From the NCBI GenBank assembly GCA_002269645.1, contig NIVC01001353.1:124001-188000 (forward strand): DNA of 64,000 nucleotides, given 5' to 3'. Shown piece by piece: positions 35,801-47,201 of this stretch. The stretch's first letter is position 1. Each line of letters starts with the position of its first letter. Below the pieces are notes generated by a model. That model was not told the origin of the DNA. It did no database searches and saw only the letters and a program-made list of their open reading frames with translations. The stretch comes from Macrostomum lignano. Taxonomy: Eukaryota. The position numbers were made by a program, and so were the translations under genes.

Positions 35801-37508
35801 CCCTAAGCATGCGCTCTCACACAGGGTGCACACTGCAGCAGCCCTGACTTTCTCTCATTGTCAGGCAGTGCGCACTCTGTGAATCAGACGCGGTTCCCCC
35901 CTCTGGACCTTCCGTGGGATGGCTAAATGACTTAGTATTGATTTTGAAGATAAACCTCTGTACGAGCTATCTATTTTTGAGCAGTGGAGTTACTTTCTTT
36001 GATAATTCTATCCTCCTGATGAGCTGATCAGCTGTGGAGTGTCCGCGCACTCCAGATCTCGAGATCTCCCAGTGCAAAAAGCTCCCAGCGGGTTTCGAGT
36101 GTTTGCCTGCAGCCCATATAAATTATAACACGATAAGCTGACACTTGAAGCAGGCAGCATGGAAGTCCGCGGCCTCGGCCTCGCCGCTGTCTACAGCAAA
36201 TAGTGCAGCCCCTGAGCATGGGACTTTTTCCACAGAAAGACGCCCTCGTCGCCGACTCTCGTGGAATGCAAGACTTTTCCTGTTTGCAGCACGCAGGCAA
36301 TTCATGGGAGCCGCGTCCCACGGAATGGAGGAAGGGGGAAGTCGAAGTGGATTGAAAAATATCCGCGTATTGAGCGAGGGACCGCGTCCTGAAAACCTGG
36401 TAAGGGGACTCAAACCGGGCAAGTGTTGGTTCTCGACATGCTTTCATTCTGGCCTTCGCATCCGCCTACAGTCGCTCTATGACAAAGGTCGGCAAACATC
36501 TTTAATTTAAGGGCCAGATATAGAATCTAAGCGCATGACTGCGGGCCAGAGAGAGAGAGGAGATGAGAAATGAGAGGGGAGAGAGGAGGAGGGGAAACCT
36601 TGAGCGGGCCGAATTGCTATTGTGAAGTTCCGGACCAGAGGGCATGTGGCCCGCGAGCCGGAATTCGCCGATGCTCACACTACAGGTGCCGACTATGTTT
36701 TAGTCTGCCGATGTTTAGGCAAAACTGGCTGCCGTTGCCATGGAACCGGGATTGCCAAACATTTCAAAAGCAAAGGCTTTCTCAAAGCTACTCTACATGT
36801 ACACTAGTCTTTGAGGGCATTTGCCCGTTTCGCCGCCTTTGTCATTTGTTGACACCTTTGAGTTAGACTGGTGTCAGGTTTCTCAAGTCTTGCCTTGAAT
36901 TGAAGAAGCTGGCGATATTGCAGTGGCTTGAATTTGCCTCAGTCTGTGGCTGTCAAGATTATCAGTGTCATGATTGACAGCTCCCGCGTTGACTAGCTAA
37001 GTGTTGAATCTGATTCGGCATAACTGATTCAATCTTCAAACAGGTCCGATACTCAATACTCCCTGCTCAGACCTCGCTGACACAAAATCAACTTCAAATC
37101 GATAACAAGCGCTATGGGGGTCGCCATTGCTGCTGGGAGCGCGGCTCACCTGTCAATCGCCATAGCCAGCAGGGTGTAGACGGACACCCCGACCGTGAGA
37201 ATGCGGCAGAAGTACAGAGTCTTGCAGAACACGGTGGGCAGCTGCAGGCCGAAGTTGCTGGCGATGTCGCAGGGCACGAAGAGCAGCAGGTAGATGCAGT
37301 CGGCCACCGCCAGGTTGCTGATGAACAGGTTGGGCGTGGTGCGCAGGTTTCTCTGGCTCACAATGATGGAGAGGAGAATCAGGTTGCCGGCCAGGCCGAA
37401 GCAGAAGATGAGGCTCTGCAGGCTGATGTGCACCACCTCCTGGACTCCGATGGCAGGTGTGTACTCAGTGATGTTGCCGCAGCTCAGGTTGCTGGTGTTG
37501 GAGCTCAT
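23892..37508 (-). CDS. Class A neuropeptide GPCR, bombesin/CCHamide/endothelin-receptor-like, 4 exons, 391 aa
   Basis: Exons 37508-37150, 33381-33287, 25906-25488, 24194-23892, all GT-AG with consistent phases (2,1,0). Motifs GN (TM1), PNLFISNLAVAD, VGVSVYTL..DRC, RRKLAK.V, AWGPDH, SNPVTL..SKRFR. Confidence 0.9.
24330..25370. repeat. 18/20-nt minisatellite (TGTCTTGAAGTGGACATC / GAAGTGGCCAACTCTGTCTT), GPCR intron 3
   Basis: Interspersed variant units over ~1 kb. Confidence 0.97.
25915..26120. repeat. 41-nt minisatellite abutting the GPCR intron 2 acceptor
   Basis: About 5 copies of TGGCAGGTATTTGCACCTATGCTAAATCCTGGGATCCTGGA. Confidence 0.95.
26440..26680. repeat. 23-nt minisatellite (GTGTTTTGTACACTGCAAAGCTA)
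   Basis: About 10 copies. Confidence 0.95.
27240..27680. repeat. 15-nt minisatellite (CAGTCACATGTCTGA/G)
   Basis: About 29 copies. Confidence 0.97.
28252..32600 (+). mobile_element. Full-length Ty3/Gypsy (Mag-like) LTR retrotransposon, 4349 bp
   Basis: LTRs at 28252-28488 and 32363-32600 (TG...CA; 2 substitutions and 1 indel). TSD TATGT. PBS TGGCGTCGCAAGCAGGAT at 28490-28507. PPT GAAGCAGGGAGG at 32351-32362. Confidence 0.97.
28506..32339 (+). CDS. Single-ORF Gag-Pol polyprotein (1277 aa)
   Basis: Two zinc knuckles (CSRCGTSHGKDAC, CRKCGKQNHFQKMC), protease LDTGA, RT YVDD, RNase H CDAS/EREALA, integrase HSTH..CKTC, HADF, TDNG, NGLAE. Order PR-RT-RH-IN. Confidence 0.97.
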   Translation: MKSGVKQPSATDKSPALPLKHAKMVVMADAEAQSQPIKGSDGPARAVAGAMEIERLELGNNYSRWLDRFTIVAKFYRWDSTAKAQMLLMRLSTALYDTLADQASPKKPSELSYSEIETALTSILVPATFVLAERYSFQLCSRKSGESVRTYAERVLKAAEKCEFINKDERLRDQFICGLADQNVIGKLLVKDHLRLSFKEAVAEAEAHSALVSTDIMKSAPKSENSGIMSIGMLKSSSKPRIKGVNRQQSQTQSSSKCSRCGTSHGKDACPAYGKTCRKCGKQNHFQKMCRSKFVVPNQKNTAAVQHLDEHSQSDHVFMVGATSRQPLSTDAVAVTLDFISSSDKVSIPCQLDTGAAVSVMSDRVWKQIGTPELQPSSITLTGYTDAHQFKMLGHFISKVSYQGKVHRIPFKVVRSDRSFALLGRDILTIEIDFSKADGSEATRVFRARLELIPDAQPKYIKARSIPFAYKDRLKDEIDKLLAEGIIEPVTFSQWASPIVIVPKADGRLRLCVDYKQTLNPQLMKDSHPTPTPEEAFSTVAGCRMYTILDLKAAYNQVELEEDSKPLTVMSTPFGNYQYNRLVFGIRTAPSIFQRYISQVIQDVDGAIAYVDDILIGGESEKQLKDRESQVRERLEQHGLKVNEEKCQICQSRVRFLGFILDNGMILPDPEKVRALQEMETPKTMAELESLIGLVRFSGRFVPNLSHYLEPLTRLMRGRREFQWDSEQDEAFQRIKSMLTEDSALAKYDPKKPVALECDASQKGLGGVLIQDSRPVLYISKRLSEAEKKYSQIEREALAIVLSTQRCQRFLAGRHFKLITDHRPLTYIFGPNEGLPTRVSARLQRWAISLMAFDYTIEYQRSQLMKSDALSRLLNNETARTYTIGSIQLPSTIISIQEVRDQSQDCPEIVLLKKAIRTSNFNDPRIRPYKAVADELTIESDVVLREMRVILPKTLRLSAVQTAHSTHLGIDRTKSLLRAQFWWPGLDRDVKQLIGNCKTCKMVKASNRNYLKSWPTAMDAGERVHADFAGPIDGQYLLVLVDAMSNYPEVHLTANMESSTVISRLRRTFSQWGVPRTLVTDNGPSFVSAETTQWLKAIGCSHVTTPPYHPQSNGLAERFVRTMKESVSALGLSQHNIDKFLLFYRSSKGNDGRTPSEKFLGRNIRTPLMTEFSGDNNVVYRTQGATSLARIVLPTGRNTAIIKLENGLYKKAHRDQIQSFKGSDDKDVGPEQATTGAAGEVDHPPAMRPGEEEREQQQQQPRRSERLMNRPTVNYKE
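33555..34760. repeat. 21-nt minisatellite (GGCGCCAGCTGTATTTACTTT and variants), GPCR intron 1
   Basis: About 57 copies. The dominant variant switches at ~33970. Confidence 0.97.
36483..36677 (+). mobile_element. Decayed hAT-Charlie (MER58-like architecture) MITE
   Basis: CAAAGGTCGGCAAACATCTTTAATTTAAGGGCCAGAT ... GGCCCGCGAGCCGGAATTCGCCGA. TSD not conserved. Confidence 0.6.
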
Positions 37509-39640
37509 GGGCGGTTCTGTGGAGAATTTTTATGGTCGTTGTATCAATAGGATTGCCGGCCCAATTTATTACCAATGCGGCTGCCTCTTCATAGAAGATC
37601 AAAGCCCCTTGTTTCCGCACCCCCAAAAAGCCTCTCTCGTCGACCTCGAGAGGGCATGCAGTGGGGCAATAAATGCTGGAGATGGGAATTATTACTGCAT
37701 ATACATTCATAACTATACGTGTCTCAAGCCCCCCCCCCCTCCAGCGTGTCTTCGCGATAATTCTGTGTTGCCTGGGGCGGCGGCTGCATCGGCCTCTGCA
37801 ACAAGTGGCTTCGCCAACGCTACTGTGTGATTAATGAGGCTGCCGGCATCCTTTGCGAGAGATCCTCCCGGGTTATTATTGATTCTTACCGAATAGTTCT
37901 GCCAGAATCCGCATCTTGACCACAGTATGGCCAGTCTGTATTGTCTGGCACACCATTTTTGCCACTTTAAATTTCCGGCGGGCCCCATTCATGAGTTCAG
38001 GCTCCGGTTTGACCTGAGCTGTCGAAAAGCACTAATAGCCATAGTCCATTCGGTTCGATAATTTATGACCATCCACCATTTTACGTGTACACGAGTATTC
38101 TCTCCTCAACTGGCGCGGGCCACTTAAAAAAAACCGCTAAAGGAGGCGGCGGCCGGCGCCGGTTACACAAAAGAAACGGAAGCGGACTTCGGGGCTGCCC
38201 GTCAGCAGACCAACTTAAAAATTCCTCCTACCACTCTGGGAAATCGCGGCGAGAAAGACGATGAAACTCGATCTGCAGCCTGGCGGCGCCGCGCTGGCGG
38301 AGAAAAACTTTTGGAGGAAATCCAAAGAGCGAGCTCGGCAAATTTGCCTCATTAACGAGTGAAGCTGAGGGGGGGGGATTCTGGTTCAAATCGATTTTTT
38401 ATCCTGAGCAGCTGGGGCTGGCTGTGGGCTGGACGGGAGCAGGTTCTCGGCAACTATTTTCTTGCTGCTGCACCACCAGGTCATAAGCTTCTGAATCTAT
38501 AATTATGTCCAACTGCTTCAAATAGCTTCAAGCCTTGATTGCATACGTAGCGCGCCTGTCCTCGCCTGTTAGGCAGCGTCAGCAGCAGCGCCTTCCGCAT
38601 CACGGCACTTGTAGAAGGAAATTAAAAGTTTGAATAGCAGAAAATTCTTTAGCAGCGAACTCACCTTTGAAGCTTTCGCGTTGTTAAGAAGAGCAAACAA
38701 ACGAGAGCAACTGCTTCTTTCGCTTCCTTAGTTAACTTTTCTGCCGAACAGACAGGTGCAAAATTTTGCCGATGCCTTCCCAACCAGAACGATCTGCGTT
38801 TATCTACAGGAGCTCTGCCGTTATCAGCTCTGGCCAATCAGCGCGCAGCTTGGGGAATCGCCCCCCTCAGTACTGGCAATCACTGTGGATCACTCTATCA
38901 CTTCATATCCAATGCAGATTTTCAATCGCCATATCTTTGCCTGTTCAGCCGGTACGGGTCAGTCCGTTTGCTTTCATTGGCAATGGTAAAGTTCTTTTTT
39001 GCCAGGGTGCTGCCTAGTCAGCCACCGCGCCACGCCACTCATCTTGACCGGGAAACTTGCGTTGGCGCTAGCAGGTAGTTAGCGGGCGGTAATTCAGCTC
39101 GATGCGCTGCCAAAGCTTTGCACTCTGCTGGCTATCGCCTATCCAGCTGTCTCTCGGCGGGAGGTCCACGCAGCTGCACGTGCTGGTGCGGGCAGGCAGT
39201 TCGCTAAGAATGAAGGGCGCTGCACCCTCCCGGCCGCTCGCATAACTACAGCTACGCAGGAGGCGCGATATATGAAAAGCTGTCAGGCCTGATTTCTCAA
39301 TGGCATCCATTTGCAAGATTTTCTTCGCGCTGTCTTGCAGCTGCACGTCTTCTTGTCGGTTAGCTAATTCGCTCAAAGGCGCGCCGGGATGGCTCTGTAG
39401 GCCATTAACTGCGAGGCCGACGCCCACCGCAACTGAGTGGATCAGTCCGGACTGCGGGGAGTTCTTTTTGGACTTGTAATCTAGTTTCTGTTCGGCTTCC
39501 TTGAATCTCTAGAGCAGAAGATCCAAGTTACTTGCGTCTTCATGTAGTGGCGTCAAGTGAACAGGAACAGCCTTCGAGGCTAACGCTTGATCTGTACGAG
39601 AGACAGCCTTCAGTGACAGGTGGAGCAAACCTCGATCCTT

Positions 39641-39997
39641 GGGGGGCCGTAGCCCAGCGGTAGCGCAGCTGCTCTGGTGTGCCGCGACCCAGGCTCGATT
39701 CCAAGTGCAGCCACATTAATTTGGGGCTGAATTGGAATTTCGGCTTGGCTCGCTTGTGCAATTAACGGCCTTGAGAGCCAACCCCCCAAGGCGCAGTGAA
39801 GTGTACATGCCTAACAATTGATAAAGTTAGGGCTGCTGTACACTCCTGTGTGAGTGTGTGCCTGCGTAACGTATCCGCGCGCTTGTATGCCTGCTCAGGG
39901 GAGTCGGCAGAATGGGCAGTAATGCCTCTCGCCGGTTGTGTGCCTATGTCGCTTAAAGTGCGCCAGGGTGCACACAACCCCCCTGCCTCTAAAAAAA
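39641..39997 (+). mobile_element. Complete tRNA-derived SINE (~357 bp)
   Basis: tRNA-like head at 39643-39713 with A box TAGCCCAGCGG and B box GGCTCGATTCC. A-tail. 14-bp TSD AAACCTCGATCCTT at 39627-39640 and 39998-40011. Confidence 0.9.
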
Positions 39998-40244
39998 AAA
40001 CCTCGATCCTTCGGTGGTCGCTGCGGCTTCCATTACAGCAAATAAAATGTGCGCACGCACTCTTAAAACCGGGGATACCGAGGAGACTGAAAATTAGACA
40101 ATAAACTAGCAATCTTCGCCCCCGTTGGGGGACATCTGGATAGAATCTCTGTTCTCTACAAGTAACAAAAAGATAGCCAAAAAAGCCTTCACAAAGACGA
40201 CAGACAAACTGCTCAAATAAAGTGTAATGCAAAAAGAAATCATC

Positions 40245-40345
40245 CCAAGACAGCAAGCATCCCCCAAATAGCAAGCATCCCCCAGATTGCAAGCATCCCC
40301 CAGATAGCAAGCATCCCCCAGATAGCAAGCATCCCCAAATAGTAA
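40245..40345. repeat. Short ~20-nt array (AGCAAGCATCCCCCAGAT)
   Basis: About 5 copies. Confidence 0.85.
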
Positions 40346-40469
40346 GCATCCACCATACAATAAGTACCCGGTAGCTAGTGCTACAATTTCCTTAGCTCTA
40401 TAGTGGCTCCTTTAAAATTGGCATGACGCTTACTTTTACGTTTGAAATTGTGTAAATTTTATGTTTGAC

Positions 40470-42545
40470 ATGGTGGCTCCTAAATGTTTGACATGGTGGC
40501 TCTTTAATGTTTGACATGGTGGCTCTTTTATGTTGGACATGGTGGCTCTTTAATGTTAGACATGGTGGCTCTTTAATGTTCGACATAGTGGCTCTTTAAT
40601 GTTCGACATGGTGGCTGTTTAATGTTAGACATGATGGCTCTTTAATGTTTGACATTGCGGCTCTTTAATGTTTGACATGGTGGCTCTTTTATGTTGGACA
40701 TGGTGGTTCTTTTATGTTCTACATGGTGGCTCTTTTATGCTTGACATGGTGGCTCTTTAATGTTTGACATGATGGCTCTTTTATGTTCGACATGGTGGCT
40801 CTTTTATGCTTGACATGGTGGCTCTTTACTGTTTGACATGGAGTCACATATATGTTTGACATGGTGGCTCTTTTATGTTTGACAAGGTGGCTCTTTAATG
40901 TTTTACGAGGTGGCTCTTTAATGTTCTTCATGGTAGCTCTTTTATGTTAGACATGATGGCTTTTTAATTTTCGACATGGTAGCACTTTAATGTTAGACAT
41001 GGTGGCTCTTAAATGTTTGACGTGGTGGCTCTTTTATGTTCGACATGGTGGCTCTTTAATGTTCGACATGGTGGCTTTTTAATGTTAGACATGGTGGCTC
41101 TTTAATGTTAGACATGGTGGCTCTTTAATATTCGACATGGTGGCTCTTTAATGTTAGACATGGTGGCTCTTTAATATTCGACATGGTGGCTCTATAATGT
41201 TAGACATAGTGGCTCTTTAATGTTCGACATGGTGGCTCTATAATGTTAGACATGGTGGCTCTTTAATATTCGACATGGTGGCTCTTTAATGTTTGACATT
41301 GAGGCTCTTTAATGTTTGACATGGTGGCTCTTTTATGTTGGACATGGTGGTTCTTTTATGTTCGACATGGTGGCTCTTTTATGTTTGACATGGTGGCTCT
41401 TTACTGTTTGACCTGGATTCACATATATGTTTGACATGGTGGCTCTTTTATGTTCGACATGGTGGCTCTTTTATGCTTGACATGGTGGCTCTTTACTGAT
41501 TGACATGGAGTCACATATATGTTTGACATGGTGGCTCTTTTATGTTTGACATGGTGGCTCTTTTATGTTTGACATGGTGGCTCTTTTATGTTTGACATGG
41601 TGGCTCTTTAATGTTAGACATAGTGGCTCTTTAATGTTCGACATGGTGGCTCTTTAATGTTAGACATGGTGGCTCTTTAATATTCGACATGGTGGCTCTT
41701 TAATGTTAGACATAGTGGCTCTTTAATGTTCGACATGGTGGCTCTATAATGTTAGACATGGTGGCTCTTTAATATTCGACATGGTGGCTCTTTAATGTTT
41801 GACATTGAGGCTCTTTAATGTTTGACATGGTGGCTCTTTTATGTTGGACATGGTGGTTCTTTTATGTTCGACATGGTGGCTCTTTTATGTTTGACATGGT
41901 GGCTCTTTACTGTTTGACCTGGATTCACATATATGTTTGACATGGTGGCTCTTTTATGTTTGACATGGTGGCTTTTTTATGTTTTACATGGTGGCTCTTT
42001 AATGTTAGACATGGTGGCTCTTTAATATTCGACATGGTGGCTCTTTAATGTTAGACATAGTGGCTCTTTAATGTTCGACATGGTGGCTCTTTAATATTCG
42101 ACATGGTAGCTCTTTAATGTTAGACATAGTGGCTCTTTAATGTTCGACATGGTGGCTCTATAATGTTAGACATGGTGGCTCTTTAATATTCGACATGGTG
42201 GCTCTTTAATGTTTGACATTGAGGCTCTTTAATGTTTGACATGGTGGCTCTTTTATGTTGGACATGGTGGTTCTTTTATGTTCGACATGGTGGCTCTTTT
42301 ATGTTTGACATGGTGGCTCTTTACTGTTTGACCTGGATTCACATATATGTTTGACATGGTGGCTCTTTTATGTTTGACATGGTGGCTTTTTTATGTTTTA
42401 CATGGTGGCTCTTTAATGTTAGACATGGTGGCTCTTTAATGTTCGACATGGTGGCTCTTTAATGTTCGACATGGTGGCTCTTTAATGTTTGACATGGTGG
42501 CTCTTTAATGTTTGACATGGTGGCTCTTTAATGTTTGACATTGTG
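40470..42545. repeat. 23-nt minisatellite (GACATGGTGGCTCTTTAATGTTT) with higher-order structure
   Basis: About 90 copies. A variant landmark recurs at 41410, 41916 and 42330. Confidence 0.97.
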
Positions 42546-42597
42546 CTTTTTTGTGTTTAGCATTTGTGTTTTTAAGGTTTTTGAATAAAAAAATCTT

Positions 42598-42668
42598 TTT
42601 GCACTACTAAGATTCGAACCCAGGTCGCTGCATTAGCAGTCCAGTCTGTTCGCATCTATGCTATCTCT
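42598..42668 (-). pseudogene. tRNA-Ser(GCT)-derived sequence (pseudo-tRNA or SINE head)
   Basis: TGGACTGCTAAT matches the anticodon arm of eukaryotic tRNA-Ser-GCT. B box GGTTCGAATC. Acceptor and D arms do not pair properly. Confidence 0.65.
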
Positions 42669-42939
42669 TGTCAATTGGAATACGTGAATTGTGGCCCTTA
42701 TAATTAAATTCTTATAGCAAATCGGTTAGAGTAAAAAGTTATGACATAATCAATTTCTCAGTCAGCCAGTATCAGTGTCAATTTAAGTTAGCAATATTGT
42801 TACGCAATTTAAATCAAGTTTTGTGTGCATTTGTTCGGCACTGTTTTCAACTGGTTGTGATGTAATCTTTATCACAATTGGAATTCAGTCAGTCAGTTTT
42901 TTCTCTAGCATTCTTACAATGCATTTCAGGTCGAAAGAG

Positions 42940-43148
42940 CTGCTTGACCTTTGCAAAAAAGCATGTTTTTCGAATATTTAATCCCTTTAATATTGAGCAA
43001 TTTCTTAGCCAAGATGCATGTACCGTCCCAGGAAAATTTCTGATCGAATGGTGCAAGTTTGAAGAAAATCGGTTGAGCCATTTTTTCTGAAATCTATCGC
43101 ATACCTACCTACCTACCTACCCACAGACAACTCATTTTTAGTATATAG
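42940..43148 (+). mobile_element. Non-autonomous repeat fragment, DINE-1/HINE-like 3' region
   Basis: AAGTTTGAAGAAAATCGG..(TACC)n..CACAGAC..TATATAG. Homologous inverted decayed copy at ~45975-46193. Confidence 0.5.
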
Positions 43149-43261
43149 GAAACTCCAGACATCGAACTGCATTTTATTTAAATAAAAGCCATCGCAGAGT
43201 TATTAAGCAAAAATTATAAAAAATATTTCTTCTGCTCGTTTATAATGGACTACGGAGACCG

Positions 43262-43783
43262 TCACTGACTTTGAGCAGCGTTGTCCGAACTCTGTTTAGC
43301 AGTGTCATCGGCACCAGCGCGATTGTCCTCTGCGGCACCCCCATCGTCCAGCTTGTTGGCGATGCTGGCCGACGTCTCGGCGTCGAAGACTACGTTGGCG
43401 CCGACCACGCCAGCGTAGGCCAGCTCCGTGATGGACATGCTGCGCTCCTGTCGACAGGTGGACACCCGGACGGTCTTGGCAATGTTAGCCAGCCAGGCGC
43501 TCTGCAGGAAGCTGACCTGCATCACGCTGTTGTGAAGTCGACGACAACGCCGGAACAGTTTGGTCTTCCAGCCGTCGCAAATGAAAGAGTCCGAGGCCAC
43601 GGACGTGTTGTCTCCGAGCATGGACAAGCCCAGGATGGTTTGCTCTTCTCTGCTGCGCTGTCTCTCCTTCATTGTGATGGACTTTTTCATATCATATTCT
43701 ATAGCTGCAAACTGACTCTCAGGTCTCTCTCGGAGTGTCGATTTTTGGATTTTGGCTAAGTTTGTGGCGTAGATCTGTGCCAT
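43262..43783 (-). CDS. Orphan ORF (up to 173 aa; true start possibly MKKSIT or MKERQ), unknown function
   Basis: Strongly GC3-biased codons from ~43660 to the stop. Acceptor-like cagtttgcag upstream of the second ATG. No domain recognised. Confidence 0.5.
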   Translation of the reverse strand: MAQIYATNLAKIQKSTLRERPESQFAAIEYDMKKSITMKERQRSREEQTILGLSMLGDNTSVASDSFICDGWKTKLFRRCRRLHNSVMQVSFLQSAWLANIAKTVRVSTCRQERSMSITELAYAGVVGANVVFDAETSASIANKLDDGGAAEDNRAGADDTAKQSSDNAAQSQ

Positions 43784-45974
43784 AGAGTTTTAATAAGTCA
43801 ATTATATACGAACGGATGTTAAATGTTGCAGAAGTTCCTGGTTCCTGGTTCATTACTCTTTTGAACGTTTTTAAGCTAGTGCAATTATAAAATATTTCTC
43901 ATAGTGAGATTCGAAATTAACTCTCTTTATACATGTAGCCCCCAAATTGAAGTGCAAACTTGGGATTGTTCGTTCTGTTTTGTATTGTTTGCAGTGGACA
44001 ACCCGCCCTTTAAAACATTAGTCAAGCATTTAGCTTAAGCTGTCTATTTCCATTGAATTATTCTTTGCTGTACTCGCCAGTAGGCTATCTCGCTAGTGGG
44101 CGTTATTTACTCATACGCTGCAGAGCGCATGTTGCCTTATGAAAACTTTACAAAGTGTCCTAACGAAGAAATCGCTACATATATAATGTTTCATATATAA
44201 AACTGGTGAAGATGGTGAAAAAAGGATACGGATATACAGTGTATATATAGATAAACAGCACATATATTATATATATATAGATATATGTATTAGGACGCAA
44301 AGGGGAGACGACCCCTTTGCGCGCACGTGCTCGCAGAACGGGCGGGAGGGGCCGGCAGCAGCAGCAGCTGAGGGTCAGCGCAAGCGCGCCTGAAAGTCTG
44401 CGATGAGCTGTCAGTCAGAGTGGCAGTGCGGGCGTGGCCGCGGCGCAATTGCTCGCGGTCGGCCGGTGCAGCAGGGCCAGGGCCAGAGGGACGGCGCTCC
44501 GCGGTCCAGGGTCCGTAGGAAGTGGCCCAGCAGCATCTCACGGCGCCATGCAGCGCAGGGTAGCGCTGGGGCGAAGCTTCGGAGCGCGGGTCATCAGAAG
44601 CGGTAACGCATGCAAGCAGCGATCGGTAGAGAAACGTACACAAATACGAGTGTTTCAGATCGAGTATGGTGAAACGCTGAAGCGCTGTTTTTGAACAATT
44701 TGCATGGTAAACAGCACTTGAACCCTCTCTGAGTTTCGATCTCAACATCTCCTCAGAAGGCTCCGGTCTAATAATACCCCCTCATATTGTGTATCTCAGG
44801 ACATTCCTATTACACAGTTTGCTTTTGCCACATGCACCTGTTGCTATAGACATAAATATATAGTTACATTAACAATAGGTAGCAAGGTCAAGGGTGACTT
44901 ACATTGTAAAAGTACAATGTAAGTTTAATTCTACTTCGCAGTGTGCACATACTATCACAAAATTGAATGCAACAATTGAGAAAGCGCGAATACGAAAGCA
45001 ACGATATAGAGAAAAAATTAATTACAGCATGAAGGAAAACAGCTTCATTGAAATTTTGAGAAATGACGAAAAATGGTAAACTATTTTTAGCTATGTTAAA
45101 GGCCAGATTAGTACAAATATTTCAAATATGATACGTTAGTTTTAACGAAGAAACTAGATAATATAAAGTAAAACCAAAGTAAAAGAGACTCTCATGAGGA
45201 AGTTGTGTAAAAATGGTAATAAAAAATTCTTTAGTAATTAAAAACATCGCTGCAATGAATAAAAATTTGACTCATTTTTATTGTATATTTTGGAGACACG
45301 GTCATGGCGAATTCGACATTCGAGACTCATAGATTCATGACTGACTGACGTACGGCCGGAGACTGAACACCATAAACTGATAAACAGTTTTTATATAGGG
45401 CTATATTTTGGCACTAAATATTGATGTTTAAGGCTAGCAGCTAGGTTAGGATATCCACTTAACAGCTCTTTATATTAAGCGCATTATTTTTTGTGACCAA
45501 TTTTTTGCCAGTTTTGAGTTTTGCCTATAGGCTATAGGCTAGCCATCGTCATTATTGGCATTGGTCGCATTTTTATGGTGGTATAGTTGCATTCGCCTGT
45601 CGTCAACCTTGGCTTAATTCTTTGTTATGCTAAGCTTCATAGGCCTAGCTAGCCTAGTGTTTCTGGTTTCTATAGGCATAATCTAAGCCCTAATACTAAT
45701 ACTAATAGAAAAATGATAAAAATGAAATGGTCTGGTCTGGACTCTGGACTCTGGGCCTACAATCATTTTGTCTAACAAATATTAAGTAAACAACGTTAAA
45801 TTTAGTGTATAAAAAGATGCTTAGATGGTGATAAGATAGGCCCCTAACTAAATCATTTCCTAATATTTTTGACAACTAATGTTAGAAGTAGCATCCATAA
45901 ATCATGACCATGTACTAAAATGGTTTATAAATAGGGCCTATGGCTATAAGTGTATATAGGCCTATGCATGTGTA

Positions 45975-46193
45975 TGATTGATTTTAGAAAAAATTGCTTA
46001 ATTGCTTTTCTTCAAACTTGACTATTCTATATTCAATATTTTTTCCCATAATGCCATATATATAGGGGCCTATGTCTTGCCTAAGTCCCAAGAAATTGCT
46101 CAATACTAGGCTAAAGTCTTTAGTAGAGTTTAATTTTAAAAGTCTAAAAATATGCATTTTTGCAAACCCAAAGTGGCTAGCTGCAAAGGTCAA
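45975..46193 (-). mobile_element. Decayed inverted copy of the 42940-43110 repeat
   Basis: Shared blocks TTGACCTTTGCA, ATTGAGCAATTTCTT, CAAGTTTGAAGAAAA and TTTTTTCT.AAATC.ATC. Confidence 0.7.
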
Positions 46194-47201
46194 GTAGACT
46201 TTTCAATTTGAAATGCAGTAAAAGAATGCTAAAGAGAAAAAACTGCTTGACTAAATTCTGATTCTAATGAAGATTATATCATCAAATAAATTATAACTCT
46301 AGTCTAACATGAATTAAATTAATGTTAAAAATACAGTGTGGAAGCATTAGCAAGAGACCTAATTTAGATTGCATAATTCTATTATTGATTTTAATCTGGA
46401 TTGATACTAATTGCCTTTTACTTTAACTGATTTAGTATAAAGGTTGAATTATAAGTGGTACATTGTACAATTAATTTTTAATAAAATTGATTAAAGCAAG
46501 CTTAGATGCAAACAAACTAAACTAAAGCCTACTAATGCAATGATCTGGGTTCAAGTCTTAGTAAATAATAAAATATTTTATTAAAGCTTTTATTTAAGGA
46601 TTTATTAGGGTCTAAATAAAAGGATTATTGCACTAAATAAGAAAAGGATTATTGCACTTTTTGTATCTTCTCTTAGATAGCTACTAACTCAAAATGCAAA
46701 TGCAACTCAAACTTAATTCAAAAACTCATATAATTCATCTACTAGCAGACAAAAAGGGAGTCACATCACAAGCTCAAAAAGTCACATTTGTTGAAAAGTT
46801 ATCCATTATCACAAGCTTGAAAAGTCAAAATCTCAAAAAAACTCTCAAGCTTAGAAAGTCACATAACATCATTGAAAACTGATTTAGTAGCCACAAAATT
46901 TTATCTTTAAAAATTAAAAAATAATGTCATAAATTATATATTAATAAATTTATTTTTAAAATCTATAATATTCTTGTTACCTGGAATGATATAACTATTG
47001 CAGGCTATCAAGCATTGCAGAAAAAGGCCAATGGGGTAAATGGCAAAAGTTTTTAACCCTTGAGACTGTTAGGCATTTTTATAGACTAATTTTTCTATCA
47101 GTGTTACAAAATTCAAAAATTAACTGCTTTACATCAGTACAGTGAAGGAGACAGATCAAAAATTGATGAAGGAATTAATGCACCTGTGGTTTTATACAAG
47201 T

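Noticed and set aside
39068-39627. ORF-like sequence interrupted by the SINE
   Set aside because: Rejoining the flanks gives frames with stops and no recognisable domain.
39643-39713. Functional tRNA gene
   Set aside because: Mismatched stems; it is the head of a TSD-flanked SINE.
44560-44600. CTGATGA...GAA on the minus strand, hammerhead-like
   Set aside because: No stem II pairing, and the GAAA is not conserved.
46681-46890. Possible MITE with GCTACTAA termini
   Set aside because: Short, imperfect inverted match and no TSD; too decayed to call.
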